Origin: Polymyxa betae A26-41
Taxonomy: Eukaryota > Protista > Endomyxa: Phytomyxea
Direction of reading: 5' to 3'
DNA length: 43,229 nt
NCBI GenBank assembly: GCA_003693705.1
Contig: RBZT01000819.1
Span: forward strand, 1-43,229
Shown: one piece after another, positions 39,308 through 43,229 of the stretch
Numbering within the stretch: position 1 is the first letter of the stretch
Layout of the letters: the number at the start of each line of letters is the position of its first letter
Position numbers and translations under genes: made by a program
Notes under the pieces: generated by a model
Seen by the model: only the letters and a program-made list of their open reading frames with translations
What the model was told of the DNA's origin: nothing
Database searches by the model: none

Positions 39308-40036
39308 ATGCCCACATTCCGACTGCGAGCGACGACGGTGTCCGTACTGGCTCTCTGCATCGCATGCTCGCTAGCTGCGGAATCCAGAACCAGCGCCAAC
39401 GCTTCCTGGAATCCGAAGGTGTCGCGATTTACGATTCAACCCATGCGCGGGCCGCCGTACTCGCCCCGTACTGTTCATGTCGTTCCATGAGCTGTTTGAT
39501 ACCAAACCACGAACTGTTATGTTTGACATGTTACCGAATTGATGATTTGGGGCTTCAGGGCAAGATCGCAGTCTATGGGCGTATCGGATGTTGGCAGAGC
39601 AGTCGTCTATTATGCTCCGTCTAAATGGCGAACCTGTCCCATTCAATGAGCATCCGGAACCATTTTCTGTAAGTTCACGAATCCTTTCCCTTTTGTCGCT
39701 GTTCGGCACTCTCGTTTGTACCGTTTTGTGCTCGTTAGTGGCTCAATTTTATCTTTCTGCAAACACAGGCTAAACACCTTTTAAAGCATATGAAGCTAAC
39801 CTGATAGCCTCGATACAGTGAATGTTATTAAAATGGTTTGAGAACAGTATAGGAATATGAAGGAGTTGTGTATCTTCTTGATGCCATTCTTGCAGCTGTT
39901 TGTAACGGGAGTCGCATTCCTGATTCTTCTGTGGGTCCTGGTTGTTTTTAGCTCTCCTGATGAACATATAATGTCTCCAGCCACAGCCATTCACCGCGCC
40001 GCTCTGGATGCGATACATTATCATTCTGATCAATAG
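39308..40036 (+). CDS. Putative small spliced protein with signal peptide and C-terminal TM helix; unknown function
   Basis: Signal-like start MPTFRLRATTVSVLALCIACSLAA; GTAAGT donor at 39669; last exon NMKELCIFLMPFLQLFVTGVAFLILLWVLVVFSSPDEH...HSDQ*. The middle exon phases could not be resolved. Confidence 0.4.
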
Positions 40037-40220
40037 ATTCACCAACGTCGAGACTAAATTTAAAATTCGAGGTAATTAATAGACAGCGCATACGGCGTCG
40101 TTCGGGTCTTGGAACTGAGCTTAAAAGCGATGTAAAGTGTACACTTTTTGGAACCTTTCCAATTTTTTGATTAAGCAATATCATTCCCACGAAAATCGAA
40201 GATTTTGCTACAATTATAAA

Positions 40221-40398
40221 ACATGGCTTTGAAGGCCAGCGAACTCATTTTGTGTTTGGCACGGTGTCGTTGTGACCTCATTTCATCGAACAAAAAGAAA
40301 TGTGTTCGACATGGCTTTGAAGGCCAGCGAACTCATTTTGTGTTTGGCACGGTGTCGTTGTGACCTCATTTCATCGAACAAAAAGAAATGTGTTCGAC
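40221..40398. repeat. Perfect 88-bp tandem duplication overlapping the 3' end of tRNA-Leu
   Basis: 40221-40310 is identical to 40309-40398 (2-bp 'ac' microhomology). Each copy contains the last 10 nt of the tRNA and its terminator. Confidence 0.93.
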
Positions 40399-40473
40399 GG
40401 GATTCGAACCCGCGCCCCGCGAACGAGACTAGCGCCTTAAGCTAGCGCCTTAGACCAACTCGGCCACAAACAC
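40389..40473 (-). tRNA. tRNA-Leu (anticodon AAG), long variable arm
   Basis: GTGTTTG TG GCCGAGTTGGTCTAAGGC G CTAGC TTAAGGC GCTAG TCTCGTTCGCGGGGC GCGGG TTCGAAT CCCGT CGAACAC A, followed by TTTCTTTTT. Confidence 0.96.
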
Positions 40474-41220
40474 TCAACCTGTAATCCGGCGATTAACAGT
40501 GCAACAGTGCATCAATTGCTATAGGATGAGAGCTCACAATATGCATCTGACCGAAAGAAACACGACGAAGAAGTGCGACTTGCAATACACAATGATAAGG
40601 TAAACACGCAAGGTTGATTTTTTCAAAGATGTGTTGCAGATTTCTCTTCACCGAGTGGCTTCACTTTTCAGTTTTGAACAGGTAGAATTGTATTTTTACT
40701 AGAAAGGAGGATTCGCCTGCTCGCTAGCTGAGTTTGGCTCAGAAAATGGAATATTGCTGGGTCTAAATTGTGGATGGCTTGAGTCATTTACTATTGTTGC
40801 CCGAGTTGAATTGAAACACCCACATTATTTGATTCATTTCTTTCAAACACGGATAAAGAGTGGTTATTTCGCAATGCAAACTTTGAGCAATTGCATCCGA
40901 TAGCCCCTCAGGCAAAATTCATCGAGTTTCCAACACTAAACAGAATGATCAAGTATAAAACCACACGAAGACCATAAAGCGACGAAGGTGACATATTATA
41001 AACAGCGATAGAAGAGCCGAACAAAGCAAATCAGTTCGGTGTAGTCCTGCAGCGTAGCAGACAGCAGGACCAGATCTTGTCAGATCAGCGGCCCGCACAG
41101 TATGTCATCGCATTGTCTCTCTGGCCATGATCGACAATGGCGCCTTGAAATGGTGGAAGCCGCGCGATCGTAGTCTCGAGATGCCCACCATAGATAAGAC
41201 TGAAGATTTGCATTTGGAGA

Positions 41221-41395
41221 GATGAGAGCAGCCCGCGCCTCCAATGTCAGTGAGAACTCTGACTCTCTGAGCATAGAAGAGCCCGCGCCGCCGCCAATGT
41301 CAGTGAGAGCTCTGAGCATAGAAGAGCCAGAGATGAGAGCCCCACGCCTGCAATGTCAAGAAGAACTCTGAGCATAGAAGAGCCCGCGCCGCCAT
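41221..41395 (+). repeat. Degenerate ~43-50-bp minisatellite (3 units plus a partial unit)
   Basis: Core ctctgagcatagaagagcc occurs 3 times, each preceded by gcc(c)..caatgtca-type sequence. Confidence 0.85.
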
Positions 41396-41785
41396 TCTGA
41401 ATTCTGATGGGAGTCATTGGGCGGCGCAACATGGATCATCTTATAGGTTTGGCGATTTCTGAAAAGATTCAGCAACGGATGAAATGATGAACAGCTCCGA
41501 AATCGGTCGTTGGAGCACAGGTAGCTATCACGGGCAATGCTTGAATACTACAGGCCTTGCGCTTAGGATACAGCGCCGCCTGCCAAGATCTACGAATCAG
41601 ACAAATCCAAATCCAATCTAAAAGACACTGCTGATGAAATGAACAGATGACGGCTTTGACAACAAAGGCAATTGAAACCTGGACAGAGCCTCAGTTTAGA
41701 ATTGCCTTTTTGCTGTTTGTATTCGATTCTAATGAAACTGGCTTGGTTGCACGTCGATCCGGCGGCCACGATTTCATGCTGAGAT

Positions 41786-42733
41786 CTAGGCTGGCCACGA
41801 TTTCACCTGAAACCGACCTCGCTTCTCAATCCAGTACTCGCCGACCACCACGGCCAGATTCTTTACTTTTGGAAGTTCTCTCCCCAATGTCGAATATTTT
41901 TCCTGGATCAGGTCCATGATTTTGTCATGCAAATCGTTTTGGTACGAACACGAGATTTTGCTTATCGCAGAGACGCCTGGCTTTTCCAACGGATTCTCTT
42001 CACAACATTCGTCATGAGAATCTTTTGTTGCAGCAGGATCATCAAACTGAGGCTTTTGAGATTGGATCTCTTTCTCGAGTTGCATGCTGGATATCTTCTC
42101 AAGTCTCAATGAAACGGTTCTGTAATCGGCTTCCATTTTGAGCGACGCGATCTTCTGTTCGCCGTTGCTGATATGAAGATTCGAAGCCTCGATTTCTTTC
42201 CGGATTCGTTCGGCGGCTTCGACTTCGTATTTCTTGCAATCTTGCGCGATCTCCTTGATGCATTTCTTGGATTGTTTGATGGCGATCCTGAGCCGATCTC
42301 GATGAAGGATCGCTACCCGCCAAACCTCATTCAACCAATAAACATTGTCGCGAAGCCGCAGTTGGTCTTTTATCATCTTTTCGATCTGGCTCTTATCCGG
42401 TCGAGGTTCATCGGCAGAATGCTTGGATTCGTTTCGAGAGCGTTTAAGGCTCTCCAGAACAGTTTGTAGTTCGGCCTCTGCAGCTTCAACCTGGCTCTCC
42501 AAGGTCGCGATTTCGTTCTCCAAACGCTCAGCGCCTGTGATATACGGAGCTACGACACCATCCAGCTTCAGCTCTATCGATTCCATCGAAAACAAATTCG
42601 ATATCGAAGGATCAAGACAATTCTGGGGTCTGTCTGTGACGACGTCAAATTTGAGATATTTGCCATGACGATGATGGTTAATGTGTGAAGGCACTGCCCT
42701 GGGTGCTTGTGAATCATCATAAGAATGATGCAC
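41786..42733 (-). CDS. Uncharacterised coiled-coil protein (intronless ORF)
   Basis: 315-codon open frame with heptad-rich segments (RLENEIATLESQVEAAEAELQTVLESLK). The first in-frame ATG is at 42586; the true start is unknown. Confidence 0.55.
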   Translation of the reverse strand: MHHSYDDSQAPRAVPSHINHHRHGKYLKFDVVTDRPQNCLDPSISNLFSMESIELKLDGVVAPYITGAERLENEIATLESQVEAAEAELQTVLESLKRSRNESKHSADEPRPDKSQIEKMIKDQLRLRDNVYWLNEVWRVAILHRDRLRIAIKQSKKCIKEIAQDCKKYEVEAAERIRKEIEASNLHISNGEQKIASLKMEADYRTVSLRLEKISSMQLEKEIQSQKPQFDDPAATKDSHDECCEENPLEKPGVSAISKISCSYQNDLHDKIMDLIQEKYSTLGRELPKVKNLAVVVGEYWIEKRGRFQVKSWPA

Positions 42734-43086
42734 GATTTTCTTACTACTTGCCGAACTGATAAGCTGCTTAATTTATGGACTCGGCATCGCAGGTCTTTCT
42801 ATCTTATTCTGCATCATGAATTGGATTTCATTATGAAGAAAATTCATGCCAAATGACAAGCGGAAAGACCAAGGATCAGGGCGTCGGTGTGTAATCAAGA
42901 CAGGGAATGTCGAGGAAACATATCATGAAATCAGATCTGTTTCATCCACACGCTATCCTGGCAAAGCAATCGTGGGTGCCAAAAGTTTTGTGAACCCGCC
43001 ATGCAGATACATTGATCTTCCTGTACATGAAAGGAACGAGGACAGGATTCATGCCATGAGAGGAACAGAACCTGCGGAAAAAAGAA

Positions 43087-43160
43087 TGGAGCGTGCGGTA
43101 GTCGAAACCGCGACCTCATCGTTGCGAACGATGCGTGATAACCAACTACACCAACGCCCC
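43087..43160 (-). tRNA. tRNA-Ala (anticodon CGC), identical to the 2417-2490 copy
   Basis: Exact reverse complement of 2417-2490, with a T-run terminator on the minus strand. Confidence 0.96.
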
Positions 43161-43229
43161 TGGGCTGCTGCATGTCAGCTATAGCTCAGAATGAAGACGA
43201 TAATCGTAATTAGGAAGTGTTATTTATTT

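Noticed and set aside
41221-41395. CRISPR-like array
   Set aside because: The sequences between the cores are similar to each other rather than unique spacers, there are no cas genes, and the context is eukaryotic.

Overview
Gene-dense, intron-rich eukaryotic (protist-like) genomic DNA with many short GT-AG introns; it is not prokaryotic. The organism cannot be determined from the sequence; a plasmodiophorid/rhizarian-type protist is only my guess. The left ~5 kb is an accessory zone: the right end of a hAT transposon, divergent tRNA-Pro(AGG) and tRNA-Ala(CGC) genes, and decayed or orphan ORFs. The core contains a ~10.4-kb gene that I spliced by hand into one ~2,900-aa chromatin protein (4 PHD-Zn knuckle-ePHD modules, 7 Myb/SANT-like repeats, C-terminal chromo-barrel/Tudor-knot). 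It also contains a polycystin-2-family channel, tRNA-Val(CAC), CNOT2, a twin-CX9C mS37-like mitoribosomal protein, an 18-exon malic enzyme, an orphan type II membrane protein, RBM8A/Y14, an orphan Trp-motif/PPGL-repeat protein with a Cys-rich tail, and SEH1. The right end has an intronless gene resembling PaxB/Pyr4/XiaE-type membrane terpene cyclases with a decayed tandem paralog, tRNA-Leu(AAG) with an 88-bp tandem duplication, orphan ORFs and a second identical tRNA-Ala(CGC). Best leads are the terpene-cyclase-like locus, the giant multi-reader chromatin protein and the GW182-like motif protein. All family calls come from motif recognition by eye; no database searches were run.
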